Shown here: piece by piece, positions 50,317 through 59,577 of the stretch
Layout of the letters: each line of letters begins with the position of its first letter
How positions within the stretch are numbered: position 1 is the first letter of the stretch
Virus record (IMG/VR): IMGVR_UViG_3300032897_000001
Coordinates: 1 to 64,000 of that record
Reading direction: 5' to 3' (one strand)
Length of the DNA stretch: 64,000 nucleotides
DNA from: a virus
Program-made: the position numbers and the translations under genes
The notes under the pieces: generated by a model
Databases searched by the model: none
Told to the model about the DNA's origin: nothing
What the model saw: only the letters and a program-made list of their open reading frames with translations

Positions 50317-50631
50317 TCACGGATTCAAGGCCGCAGTCAGTCCAGTAATGGGCGACGGCGCCGCGGTGGACGGTACAGTAATCGTTGCAGGATTGCTAGA
50401 CGCACTGACGCGCCCGCCCGAATCCTTGGCAAAAGCCGTAAAGATGTGTGCTCCTTCAACAAGCACACCGGTTGTGTATGTGGTGGCGGGTCCCGACACA
50501 GTCGCAATTTGTGATGCTGCAGCGCCATTGACTGCGTCGAAAATATCGACTTCCACGATATCAGTCAAAAGCAGCGCGGACCCGTCCGTGCGCGTCGTCG
50601 GCAGCGTCCAAATCAACGTAACAGTAGCCAT
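50317..50631 (-). CDS. Fibronectin-III/Ig-like single-domain protein
   Basis: VTLIWTLPTTRTDGS...SASSN...APSP beta-rich pattern. Confidence 0.65.
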   Translation of the reverse strand: MATVTLIWTLPTTRTDGSALLLTDIVEVDIFDAVNGAAASQIATVSGPATTYTTGVLVEGAHIFTAFAKDSGGRVSASSNPATITVPSTAAPSPITGLTAALNP

Positions 50632-50751
50632 ACTCTGTGTTCCTAATATCGCCTTAAGGTTACGAATCCTAGAAGGTGGCGAATGGTGCCTTCTGGATAT
50701 TGCTAATAACATTCCCAGGAGATTCGACAAAAACACGGTTTACCGCCTTGG

Positions 50752-51390
50752 CTATACTCCTAAATCTATACGCCACAACTTCAACTGTCTGCGACGTTCT
50801 GCAAGACCGTTGGTGCCACCATTGAGTTTTTTGGTTTCCGTAAGGATGTCATCGGCAAGCGCCGGAGCAAGACAGCCACACGCCACAAAGTCCGCAACAC
50901 CGCACTCAAGTGTGTGTTCCGGATCAATGATCAATTCAGGATTTTCGAGCACGTTGAACCCGGCTGCATGTTCATCAAGTACCTTTTGGAGTAGTTTGAC
51001 GCCATCCCGCCCAGTAACCTGTGTCAGTCCCGCCCCACGAAAATCATAGCCGTCTGTGCTGGGTGGTGGCGCATTGCCCATGCGTCCACCATAGGCAATC
51101 TCTCCTATCATTCGCTCATTGTGTGCCCAACGATGTGCCATAGCTGGGGTAAAGTGGTTGGGGAAGACTTCAAGCAGGCGTGTCGCTGTGTAATTCAGGC
51201 TCTCAATCATTTCGAGACCCTGCCCGCACTCTTCGGATGCCTGGGCCATGAAATGTGCGATCGCTAGTGGCGTGTCCAAACCGTATTTATGAAACACGGC
51301 TGGTGCTGTGGACACGATTCCTTCAAGCAGCCCTGGGATATGCTGATTACCCTGGGGCCAACGCTTCTTCATCAGTTCTATTGTAAGCAC
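50752..51390 (-). CDS. Glycoside hydrolase family 19 endolysin
   Basis: AHFMAQASEE, ESLNY, FRGAGLTQVTGR and NGGTNGLAERR motifs. Confidence 0.9.
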   Translation of the reverse strand: MLTIELMKKRWPQGNQHIPGLLEGIVSTAPAVFHKYGLDTPLAIAHFMAQASEECGQGLEMIESLNYTATRLLEVFPNHFTPAMAHRWAHNERMIGEIAYGGRMGNAPPPSTDGYDFRGAGLTQVTGRDGVKLLQKVLDEHAAGFNVLENPELIIDPEHTLECGVADFVACGCLAPALADDILTETKKLNGGTNGLAERRRQLKLWRIDLGV

Positions 51391-51402
51391 GCTGATTACT
51401 CA

Positions 51403-52506
51403 TTAATAGTTGGGAGATATGGTGTTACCGGAACCCTGATTTGAGATAGCATATATATTGTTGCTTAGTGTATTCGACACTACAGCAACATTATGTGATG
51501 CCGCCTGCAGATAGATGCCTGATGTGAATCCAAAGACATCATTACCCGTGATGATACCCTTTGCCTGTGTCGCTCCTATGACAATTCCATTTGTCCCGGA
51601 ATTTATACTTGATGTCACACAATTACCCGTGATCGTGAAGTGTCCGCACGATTCAAGAAATACTGCATTAGCACCAGAAGCAGTGACAATAAACAGACTG
51701 TTGGTTATCTGCGTCACCACAACCATTGTGCCTGTAACAATGCCGTTTCCTGCTTGGAATATGCCGAATTGGCTGTTGCTCACACCAAGTTGTGCTAGAA
51801 CGCCGGTTTCGCCGACTGCTGACTTGATACCGGATATATTACCTGTAAAGTTACCCTGATCAACAGTAATGCCTTGTACATATGATCCATACAACAAACC
51901 TGTGTTCAACCAATTAAAGTCGGACTTTGCAACATTTAGCACAACAGCATAAGTACTGGATGACGGCAACCCAACAATGTAAATTCCCTGTCCGGCAGGA
52001 GAGGCTGCACCAAAGAACGCGCACGAATCAACATTGATGTTGCTCACATTTGCGATATTAAGTCCTGTAGTCCAATAGTCCACACCCGCATAAGCATCAT
52101 CACCCCTGAATGTAACACGGACAATGTCCGATGACGCAGTTATGGCGGGACCAGCAACCGACAAAGGCAGATTAAGTGTTAATGCGTTGCCGCCATCGGT
52201 TGTCCCTGTAGTCAGGGACAAGTCCCGAATATGGAAAGAACTCGCAATAGTCTGATAGTTGAATGTCAACCCACCGTGTGCACTAGGCCACGTCAAGATT
52301 GTTGCGTCGGACCCGTCACCAACGATAGACACAGAAAACTGTCCCGTGGGAAATGTCAGCGCTACATTTGACGAAAACTTGTACTTTCCCGCAGGAAAGT
52401 AAATCTGTCCTCCTGTTGCACCAAGTGCCGCGAATGCCAGCATTAATGGCGTAACGTTATCCGTTACGCCATCACCAGCGCCACCATATGATTGTATATT
52501 TAGCAT
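51403..52506 (-). CDS. Beta-helix (pectate-lyase-like) tailspike/depolymerase
   Basis: YGGAGDGVTDN, IYFPAGKY and repeated ITGN/SNN beta-helix turns. Confidence 0.8.
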   Translation of the reverse strand: MLNIQSYGGAGDGVTDNVTPLMLAFAALGATGGQIYFPAGKYKFSSNVALTFPTGQFSVSIVGDGSDATILTWPSAHGGLTFNYQTIASSFHIRDLSLTTGTTDGGNALTLNLPLSVAGPAITASSDIVRVTFRGDDAYAGVDYWTTGLNIANVSNINVDSCAFFGAASPAGQGIYIVGLPSSSTYAVVLNVAKSDFNWLNTGLLYGSYVQGITVDQGNFTGNISGIKSAVGETGVLAQLGVSNSQFGIFQAGNGIVTGTMVVVTQITNSLFIVTASGANAVFLESCGHFTITGNCVTSSINSGTNGIVIGATQAKGIITGNDVFGFTSGIYLQAASHNVAVVSNTLSNNIYAISNQGSGNTISPNY

Positions 52507-52521
52507 GCCAAACTCTCCTGT

Positions 52522-53646
52522 TTAAATAGTTGATGTTAGTACAACTATTCCTTGGGAACCTGCACCGCTTGTTGTGGAACCCGTCGCATTGTTGTTTCCA
52601 GCCCCACCGCCTCCTGCACCATAATTACCGCCCGCGCCCGCAGTAAGTGCGCCAGACCCGCCAGAACCCGCGGAACCGCCACCACCTCCGCCTGAGCCTG
52701 CTGTTCCTCCAGCCGTCGCTGTCCATTCTGTCCCACTTCCCCCGGGATTGCCTGTTTGCGCTACGCCTGCGACACCACCAGACCCAGCATCTCCCGATCC
52801 GCCGTTAGTCTGTCCTACACCTGTGATATTGACACCCGGGTTGCCCGCTCCATTCAGTCCGGCAGCGCCACCACCACCCGTACCCAAAATCGTAACTCCG
52901 CTCAGAGTCCCGGTTCCACCATTCCCACCGGAATATTTAGTTGCACCGACTCCTGAAGTAGATACGCCACCCACACCGCCGATAACTGTTACAGTAAAAC
53001 TTGCCGCACCACCACTGCCACCCACTGCACCCACAGATGCTGCACCCAATGAAGCACCATTGAACCAAGTTGAACCACCTGTGACACCATTCAAACTGTT
53101 ATTTATTGCAGGTACTTGCGCCGCGCCACCCGTTCCAACACCATATGTAACGGAAGTTCCTGGGGTAAGAGCAATGTTTGTTTGCTTGGAATACCCGCCC
53201 CCGCCACCACCTGCAGCAAGTGATGAAGAACTGGGACTATTCCAAGCAGCGCCACCTGATCCTCCACCGCCAATGGTTTCCCCGGAATTATTTGCACTGT
53301 TCCAGCACTGAGGTACTGTATATGAGTTTGTTCCGGTTGTTGTAAGGAATACAACAGTTGTGCCGCGCAGACATCCCGGAAACACAGGCATTGGAGCGAA
53401 TGTGGGAGAGAAAACCTGAGACAATCTCTGCCACATGCTGCGGGGAGGTTCCGCAACAACGTCGTTTTGTTCCTGCCACGAATTCCCGAGGAACTGTTTT
53501 TTGAGAGAACCGACTTGATCACGAGGAACCGTGAATGAATACCCTAGAATTTTCCCCCGTGCGTCATAAACCAACGGCGATTCACATGCCGTTGCCGATG
53601 AAACAAGGATTGCTGCAGAAAATGCAATAATGCCTGTTTTGCTCAT
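52522..53646 (-). CDS. Glycine-rich virion/tail-fibre-associated protein
   Basis: Extensive GGGGG tracts ending in GSQGIVVL. Confidence 0.7.
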   Translation of the reverse strand: MSKTGIIAFSAAILVSSATACESPLVYDARGKILGYSFTVPRDQVGSLKKQFLGNSWQEQNDVVAEPPRSMWQRLSQVFSPTFAPMPVFPGCLRGTTVVFLTTTGTNSYTVPQCWNSANNSGETIGGGGSGGAAWNSPSSSSLAAGGGGGGYSKQTNIALTPGTSVTYGVGTGGAAQVPAINNSLNGVTGGSTWFNGASLGAASVGAVGGSGGAASFTVTVIGGVGGVSTSGVGATKYSGGNGGTGTLSGVTILGTGGGGAAGLNGAGNPGVNITGVGQTNGGSGDAGSGGVAGVAQTGNPGGSGTEWTATAGGTAGSGGGGGGSAGSGGSGALTAGAGGNYGAGGGGAGNNNATGSTTSGAGSQGIVVLTSTI

Positions 53647-54446
53647 TGATGTGCCGCCACACGATAGCCTGCGACACCACCAGCACGCCATATGCTGATA
53701 GTAAACTTATTCGTATTTGTCGTGGTCAGCGGGTCGCCAGTACTTGCACCAACAGTAAACCCGCTAAATGTGATTGTTCCCGCAGCCGCACCGTTGGTAA
53801 CCAGCAATATGCACGAACTATCGTTCGCAGGCGCGGTTATCGTAAATATGCCATTATTAGTAATTGATTGTATTGGCCGTGCTCCACAATCAATTGTCAC
53901 ATTGCCTGTTGTCAAACCAAGTGTCGTGACGATTGCGCCACCCGTAACAACTTGATCTGCTGTAGACAGACTCGCAAGTGTCGCCGTTACCGTGGGAAAC
54001 GTGTACACAACAGTTGTGCTTGGAAACGCGAGTGTTGTCGGTCCGGTTCCTGTGGTTGTCAGTGCACCAGCAGTTGTTAACGGACCACCAAGAGTTAGTG
54101 TGTTTGCATTCCCCAAAGTGACGTTTGTTCCTGCAACCCGCGCAAAAACACCGGCTGACGTCACCCATATATCACCATTATTCGGGGATGCTGGAGCTAC
54201 TCCAGGTCCGATATTAAATCCAGCATTTGTTGCCGTAGACGGCGCGGTGATAATTTCTCCCGTAAAAACACCGCCCGCAGGTCCCACAGGGACAAAACCT
54301 GGATAATCAAGTTTTGCAGCAAAATAGCTGTTCCACTGTGCAGGTGTCGGAACCTGTCCATAGGTGAGTCCTGGGCTAGATTGTGCAAGCACATCTGTGC
54401 TCCACAAGGCCGCGACACCACAAAAAAGCAGGATCTTTGATTTCAT
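53643..54446 (-). CDS. Tail-fibre-like Thr/Gly-rich protein
   Basis: Composition and position in the tail module. Confidence 0.6.
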   Translation of the reverse strand: MKSKILLFCGVAALWSTDVLAQSSPGLTYGQVPTPAQWNSYFAAKLDYPGFVPVGPAGGVFTGEIITAPSTATNAGFNIGPGVAPASPNNGDIWVTSAGVFARVAGTNVTLGNANTLTLGGPLTTAGALTTTGTGPTTLAFPSTTVVYTFPTVTATLASLSTADQVVTGGAIVTTLGLTTGNVTIDCGARPIQSITNNGIFTITAPANDSSCILLVTNGAAAGTITFSGFTVGASTGDPLTTTNTNKFTISIWRAGGVAGYRVAAHQ

Positions 54447-55369
54447 CAGAAGGGTGCTCCCGAAGCGTGCATTGCTGTATGGATAAGGACAGCCGCGTTT
54501 GCCATGCCGACATCATTCAAGTGGGTGTTGTCACTGACGCGGTTTGTCAAACCAAGCGTATCAAGATTCCCGCCTGCAAACACGGTTGTGTTGTTTACTG
54601 CGGCAATCTGTGCCGCTTGGACAGGCGCACTGATCGCACCATTGAACCACGTTTCAACATTGACGAAAAATCTTCCAGAAAATCCACATTGCTGTGCCTG
54701 CATAACAACACTATTGAGCGATGCAGTATAGGTTGCTTGTGGTGTCGCAAATAGATTGTCTGTCTCTCCCTGTCCCCATAGAATGGCTACAGTCACATTT
54801 GATTGGGGAACCAATCCCCGGGCAGGAAGTCTCGCTAATGCCGCACAGATACGGTTAGACAGGATTCCTGAACCCCATTGTGCGGCAGATGATGCGCCAA
54901 CCGCGATCGGAACCAAGATAACCCGATCGAATGTTCCTGCTGTGAGAAACAAATCCGCAATGCGTCCGCCAATGCTACCTGCACCGTGTCCGGGAACAGA
55001 CGTTCCTGTCCATGTTGATCCGAGAGGTGGGTCCGCCATGGCATACACCGCACCATCATATATGTTCACCTGATCCACCGCATTTGCGTGTGTTGGAACA
55101 TAAGATGTTGGTGCTTCTGCACCCATCAAGGATTGCCCAGCAATAATGAGGACAAGATTGCGTACCCCTGTGTTTACAGAAAGATTGCGAATCACACGGC
55201 CATGTGTGTCGGTATAACCATGATTACATCCCCAAGCGCCGTTGCATATGAAGTACTCTGCAAGAGCCAGTTGACTGGATTGACCAGAAGGATTCAGCAA
55301 ACGTGCTGATTGCGCATAGGCCATATCTGCCATCAGACACACGATGATTAACGCAAGAAACTTTTTCAC
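54446..55369 (-). CDS. SGNH/SASA-family carbohydrate acetylesterase
   Basis: AGQSL, WGQGETD and DNTHLN catalytic motifs. Confidence 0.8.
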   Translation of the reverse strand: MKKFLALIIVCLMADMAYAQSARLLNPSGQSSQLALAEYFICNGAWGCNHGYTDTHGRVIRNLSVNTGVRNLVLIIAGQSLMGAEAPTSYVPTHANAVDQVNIYDGAVYAMADPPLGSTWTGTSVPGHGAGSIGGRIADLFLTAGTFDRVILVPIAVGASSAAQWGSGILSNRICAALARLPARGLVPQSNVTVAILWGQGETDNLFATPQATYTASLNSVVMQAQQCGFSGRFFVNVETWFNGAISAPVQAAQIAAVNNTTVFAGGNLDTLGLTNRVSDNTHLNDVGMANAAVLIHTAMHASGAPF

Positions 55370-55371
55370 TA

Positions 55372-56382
55372 TCACCACCACCATGTTGCCAGAATTCCTT
55401 CTGTGGAAGGCGCTGCCCAATTCGTTTGAAATTGAATAGATGTTGAGGTTGCAAATTGCAGGGCTTGGAGGAAATTAAAACCAATGGGTACGTTGCCACG
55501 GCATATGCCAATGCCTTGGCCGAAAACAGCACCATTATTGAATCCTACGAAACACCGTGGCCAGACGGCATTGGTGTTGTTTAATCCGAATGAAATATAA
55601 GATCCTGTTGCGGCAAGACTGTATACGGCAGAAGATACCGTTACATCAATTGGATCATCGCCCATACCAGTAACAAAAGATATTCTATTGGTGGGAGAAT
55701 TATCCAGCATCTGATATGTGTTGACAGCGGAAACAGTCCAAATTCCCGTGGAATCAAAGACACCAAACGCGCCCGGCGTCCGATTATACATATTCCATAC
55801 AGAAGCTTGTACTGCTCCGCCGCCAAGGGCAATTGTACCGAATTGAAATGACACCTGTCCAGCTATTCCGGATGTGAGGAATGTTCCAAGATATGTGCAC
55901 TGATTAGCCGGGCAGGAAAAAGCAGCCACACTTGTTTGACAAGACAATGTTGCGGCATTAGTCCATATGCCCTTGAACAAGGCTAGTCCGGCACCTGCGG
56001 ACCGACTGCTAATGCCTGCACCGGAATTACCCCAGGCAGGTCCCGTGCACAAAGAGACTGTGGCGCCATTCATGCCCACAAACACGTCATAGAGCGTATT
56101 TGCAGACCAATTTGAACCAAGTGAGAGCACCAATCCGCTAGTATCGGTGTCAGATGATGTAAAAATTTTAAGCATGAACGATGTCGTGCCGTCATAGATC
56201 GGCACAGTGTTTCCCGTGCAAGGCGCATAATAGAGCGTGGTTGCAGCAACGACATCAGCCGTCATTACACATGATCCATTCGACAAAGTAAGTCTTCCTC
56301 CAGGAAGACTCGTTTGCGCACAAGCACTCACGCACATAAGAGACAAAAACGCTATTACAGTTGTAAGCATTGTTTGCAACAT
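55372..56382 (-). CDS. Virion/tail-associated protein
   Basis: GGRLTLS...YLGTF...VWNMYNR; position in the tail module. Confidence 0.6.
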   Translation of the reverse strand: MLQTMLTTVIAFLSLMCVSACAQTSLPGGRLTLSNGSCVMTADVVAATTLYYAPCTGNTVPIYDGTTSFMLKIFTSSDTDTSGLVLSLGSNWSANTLYDVFVGMNGATVSLCTGPAWGNSGAGISSRSAGAGLALFKGIWTNAATLSCQTSVAAFSCPANQCTYLGTFLTSGIAGQVSFQFGTIALGGGAVQASVWNMYNRTPGAFGVFDSTGIWTVSAVNTYQMLDNSPTNRISFVTGMGDDPIDVTVSSAVYSLAATGSYISFGLNNTNAVWPRCFVGFNNGAVFGQGIGICRGNVPIGFNFLQALQFATSTSIQFQTNWAAPSTEGILATWWW

Positions 56383-56394
56383 AGTTGTGTCCTC

Positions 56395-57591
56395 TTACAC
56401 AGTCGTAATAATTCCACCGGTTACAGCCGTTGGAGTGCCGAAGTAACCTCCTGTTAATTCCAGCACAGAATTAAGTGACGCATAAAAATCACCTAAACCT
56501 GTATTACCCGATCCTAGCACACGGCCGCGAAACAAACCATAGCTGCGACCATTAGCAACCAAGCCACCTGACGAATTCCCGATTAGAACTATTGGCGCAC
56601 TAAATTGGAACATGGCCGTACCGCCTCCAATAATTGTCAAACCATAAACAAATTGGCATACAGCCAGTCCATTGGCTTGTGGAGTACCTTGAGCAATCTG
56701 CAAGGATGATGTGCCGCAGAGAAACGCGAGTCCTTGGCCATCTTTTACAAAAGGTCCTGCGGATGTTCCGTCTCCTGTTATCAGGAGAGCATCAATAACA
56801 CCAACCTGGACCACATCCACTTCTATTCCGGCTCCCCCGGTAAAGTGAAGTTCTGTGGTGAACTTGCTTCGTAAATACGCCATACTGGCAGCAACACTGC
56901 CGCTATAGGCAGAACCTGTTGTGTCTATTGGTCCAGTAAGTGCTGCACCAAGAATAGATATAAGATTGTTCTGCGGATGGTTCATATAGACCATGCTGGA
57001 ATAATTAAACACACCTGCCGCATATTGCAGGATAACACGGCCAGTATCAGCAATCGTAAAATTGGTGAGATATGCGAACGCTGCATTAAGATCTATGAAC
57101 TGGGACGCGGTCCCTCCAACCGTATATGTAACTGTTGTTGTAATCAGACCAGGAACCGGCACCCAATTTGCGCTATTGAACGTCGCATCCGGATTGACTG
57201 TGTTGTTATCAACAGTGGATATCCATAGGTGCGCTCCGCCCTGTGGAGAGCCCGCAGTAACACCATTAGTCGCCACCAGCACCGCGCCATAAGGGTAACC
57301 TCCTATGGCAGTTGAGAATGCCGAATCGAATTGCGTCAATCCGCCCGCGCAATTGCTGTATCTCGACCACGCCGTGATCTGGTTAAACAGCCCGTTGAAG
57401 TCCCTTCCCCACGGCGGGATTCCTCCTGCACCCACGGGAATAAACGTCAAGGGTGGGAACCCATCCACCAGGGACGCTGCACCGGCTGTTATACCGATCT
57501 GCGATGCCTGCGGAATTGCATTAGTGTTCGCCGCAACAGCATTATTTGCAAATGGTATAGGGAACTTTGTGGGCAAGGATGCTGCAAGCAT
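56395..57591 (-). CDS. Tail fibre protein
   Basis: N-terminal anchor PIPFA...ASLVDGFPPLT...AGGIPP..DFNG...AIGGYP.GA, typical of myovirus fibres that follow a DUF2612 gene. Confidence 0.82.
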   Translation of the reverse strand: MLAASLPTKFPIPFANNAVAANTNAIPQASQIGITAGAASLVDGFPPLTFIPVGAGGIPPWGRDFNGLFNQITAWSRYSNCAGGLTQFDSAFSTAIGGYPYGAVLVATNGVTAGSPQGGAHLWISTVDNNTVNPDATFNSANWVPVPGLITTTVTYTVGGTASQFIDLNAAFAYLTNFTIADTGRVILQYAAGVFNYSSMVYMNHPQNNLISILGAALTGPIDTTGSAYSGSVAASMAYLRSKFTTELHFTGGAGIEVDVVQVGVIDALLITGDGTSAGPFVKDGQGLAFLCGTSSLQIAQGTPQANGLAVCQFVYGLTIIGGGTAMFQFSAPIVLIGNSSGGLVANGRSYGLFRGRVLGSGNTGLGDFYASLNSVLELTGGYFGTPTAVTGGIITTV

Positions 57592-57604
57592 GCCGCTGTC
57601 TCTA

Positions 57605-58384
57605 TTAGTTAGAGTATCCGGGGAACACGACTGTTGCAGTAACTCCCGTTGGTTTCGGAAGTACGCCGGATGTCGTGATGATTGCGTATTCAACACGGGA
57701 CAGAAGGAATCTGAATGTGTATGTCATTGTCATATTCAGTCCATCTGTGACATAACAGTTGCCACGTCCCGGGAATAGACTTCTCAAGATGGCATTAATG
57801 CTTGGAATAGATCCGTTTGAAATATTCGACATTGCCTTTGCAATGATCAATGCACGAAATGATTGATCCGACATCGTGAAACTGAATGTCATTCCTACTG
57901 TGTTAGACGCACCCACACCGGCATAAAAACAGCCTACGCCACCAGGACCAAAATCCTCGACTGTGGCCGGTGTCTGTTCGTTGAATCCAAAGAACTTGGC
58001 AACGATAGTCTGTGTTGCAGATTGAACCTGGATTACCCGCTGAACACCGACGATCCTCCCCCACACATCCAGGCCATAACCCTGCGCTGTGGTTACGTTC
58101 CAGATATTATCGTACAGCATTTCCATATTCAGTGTTTGATCAATATATTGATCGAAATTTCCTATCAAAGACGTGAGAACACGCGAATTAGCGTATTGAC
58201 TGATTATTGTGCTCCAATAAGAGAAGGGGATAACATCCCCGACTTGGCTGGTGCCAACAACAAAAGTCCCGATAGTGGGTTGAAATGGTGATTGCGGTGC
58301 AGGAGGATACGGCGGACCCGATTCGATCTGCGTTGCAAAATCTACGGCGCTGAAGTCTGTTGAATTAAAATCAGGGAATGCCAT
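57605..58384 (-). CDS. DUF2612-family baseplate protein
   Basis: ISQYANS, TAQGYGLDVWGRIVG and LPKPTGV motifs. Confidence 0.85.
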   Translation of the reverse strand: MAFPDFNSTDFSAVDFATQIESGPPYPPAPQSPFQPTIGTFVVGTSQVGDVIPFSYWSTIISQYANSRVLTSLIGNFDQYIDQTLNMEMLYDNIWNVTTAQGYGLDVWGRIVGVQRVIQVQSATQTIVAKFFGFNEQTPATVEDFGPGGVGCFYAGVGASNTVGMTFSFTMSDQSFRALIIAKAMSNISNGSIPSINAILRSLFPGRGNCYVTDGLNMTMTYTFRFLLSRVEYAIITTSGVLPKPTGVTATVVFPGYSN

Positions 58385-58611
58385 TTATCAGCCTTGAGAA
58401 TATCAGCCTTGAGAACGCGCCTCTATATCGCGAATAATGCGCTCAGCAGCCTCCGCACGGGCTCTTGTTTGTTGAAGTTCTGCCTGCAGTCTATCAACGG
58501 CTGCACCAAGTTTTGCGTTTTCAACAACGATCTGACCAATTACACCAGCGAGCCTTTGTTCAGCATCAAGAATCGGCGGGTTTGTCATGATAGTGCGCAA
58601 CCTTTCTTCTA

Positions 58612-59568
58612 TCAGGCAGGCAAGTAATTAACTACTATCAAAGCTGTGCCAACATTAGATAAGGTGCCGCTTTGAGTCAGTGTCAAGAAATAATTAGGAG
58701 AGCCTGCTGGCATAGAACTTTGTCCCGCACCCGTTATATTAATACTATGCACGCCAAGCGTCGTAATCGTTGTGGCAGAAAAATACGTCGTGTCTGTGGC
58801 CACAGTTCCCCCGGATAGCGTGACACCGCCTGTGGCGCCAAATGCTGTTGTTGTGTATGCCGTTACTTCTGTGACAGTCGCACCTGTGGGAATAGATAGT
58901 CCGTATGTTGTAGTTCCTGTAACACCAACGGTTCCATTAACACGCTGCGCTACCTCCGCTGATGCGGCATTGATATATATGCCCGTGGCAACATTAAGCG
59001 TTCCCGCACCTTTATCGCCGCCCGTGGGAGATCCGATCTGTACGCCATTAAGCACAGTTGCACTGATTGCACCTGACGGTGCCAACAATTCGACGGCACC
59101 GCTCCCACCCTGCCCTTGCAACTCCAGATTAACGTTTGCATCGGTGCCGATAGCCTTGACGATAGGGTCAACACCGGTGATCGCCGCAGTTATGCTGATT
59201 TGATTTGCAATGATGGCATTCGGACCGGTGAAAGTCACCAATGGACCGTACACAGACTGATTGATATTTAGACTGGAACCCGTCGTCGTGGGTACAAGTG
59301 CGATACTGCCACTTGTCGAGCCATTGAAGGTGATCGCGCCACCAAGTCCGCCATTGACACCAAGTGATGGTGTTGGTGTCCACACGGTTGTGCTTGCAGT
59401 TGTCGCGCTCAATATGGAACCGACACTGGGTGTCGTGGTTGGCGGGATGCTCTGAAACACCGCAGCATTCATATCATGCAGAACCTGCCGCAAAACAGAA
59501 GCTGTTATGTTTGATCCAGATGGCAACTGTGCATTTATTTCTGCATCGATACTTGCTTGCGTGCTCAT
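58612..59568 (-). CDS. Virion structural protein (fibre-like)
   Basis: Thr/Gly-rich 318-aa ORF within the baseplate cluster. Confidence 0.6.
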   Translation of the reverse strand: MSTQASIDAEINAQLPSGSNITASVLRQVLHDMNAAVFQSIPPTTTPSVGSILSATTASTTVWTPTPSLGVNGGLGGAITFNGSTSGSIALVPTTTGSSLNINQSVYGPLVTFTGPNAIIANQISITAAITGVDPIVKAIGTDANVNLELQGQGGSGAVELLAPSGAISATVLNGVQIGSPTGGDKGAGTLNVATGIYINAASAEVAQRVNGTVGVTGTTTYGLSIPTGATVTEVTAYTTTAFGATGGVTLSGGTVATDTTYFSATTITTLGVHSINITGAGQSSMPAGSPNYFLTLTQSGTLSNVGTALIVVNYLPA

Positions 59569-59577
59569 GTTTCCATC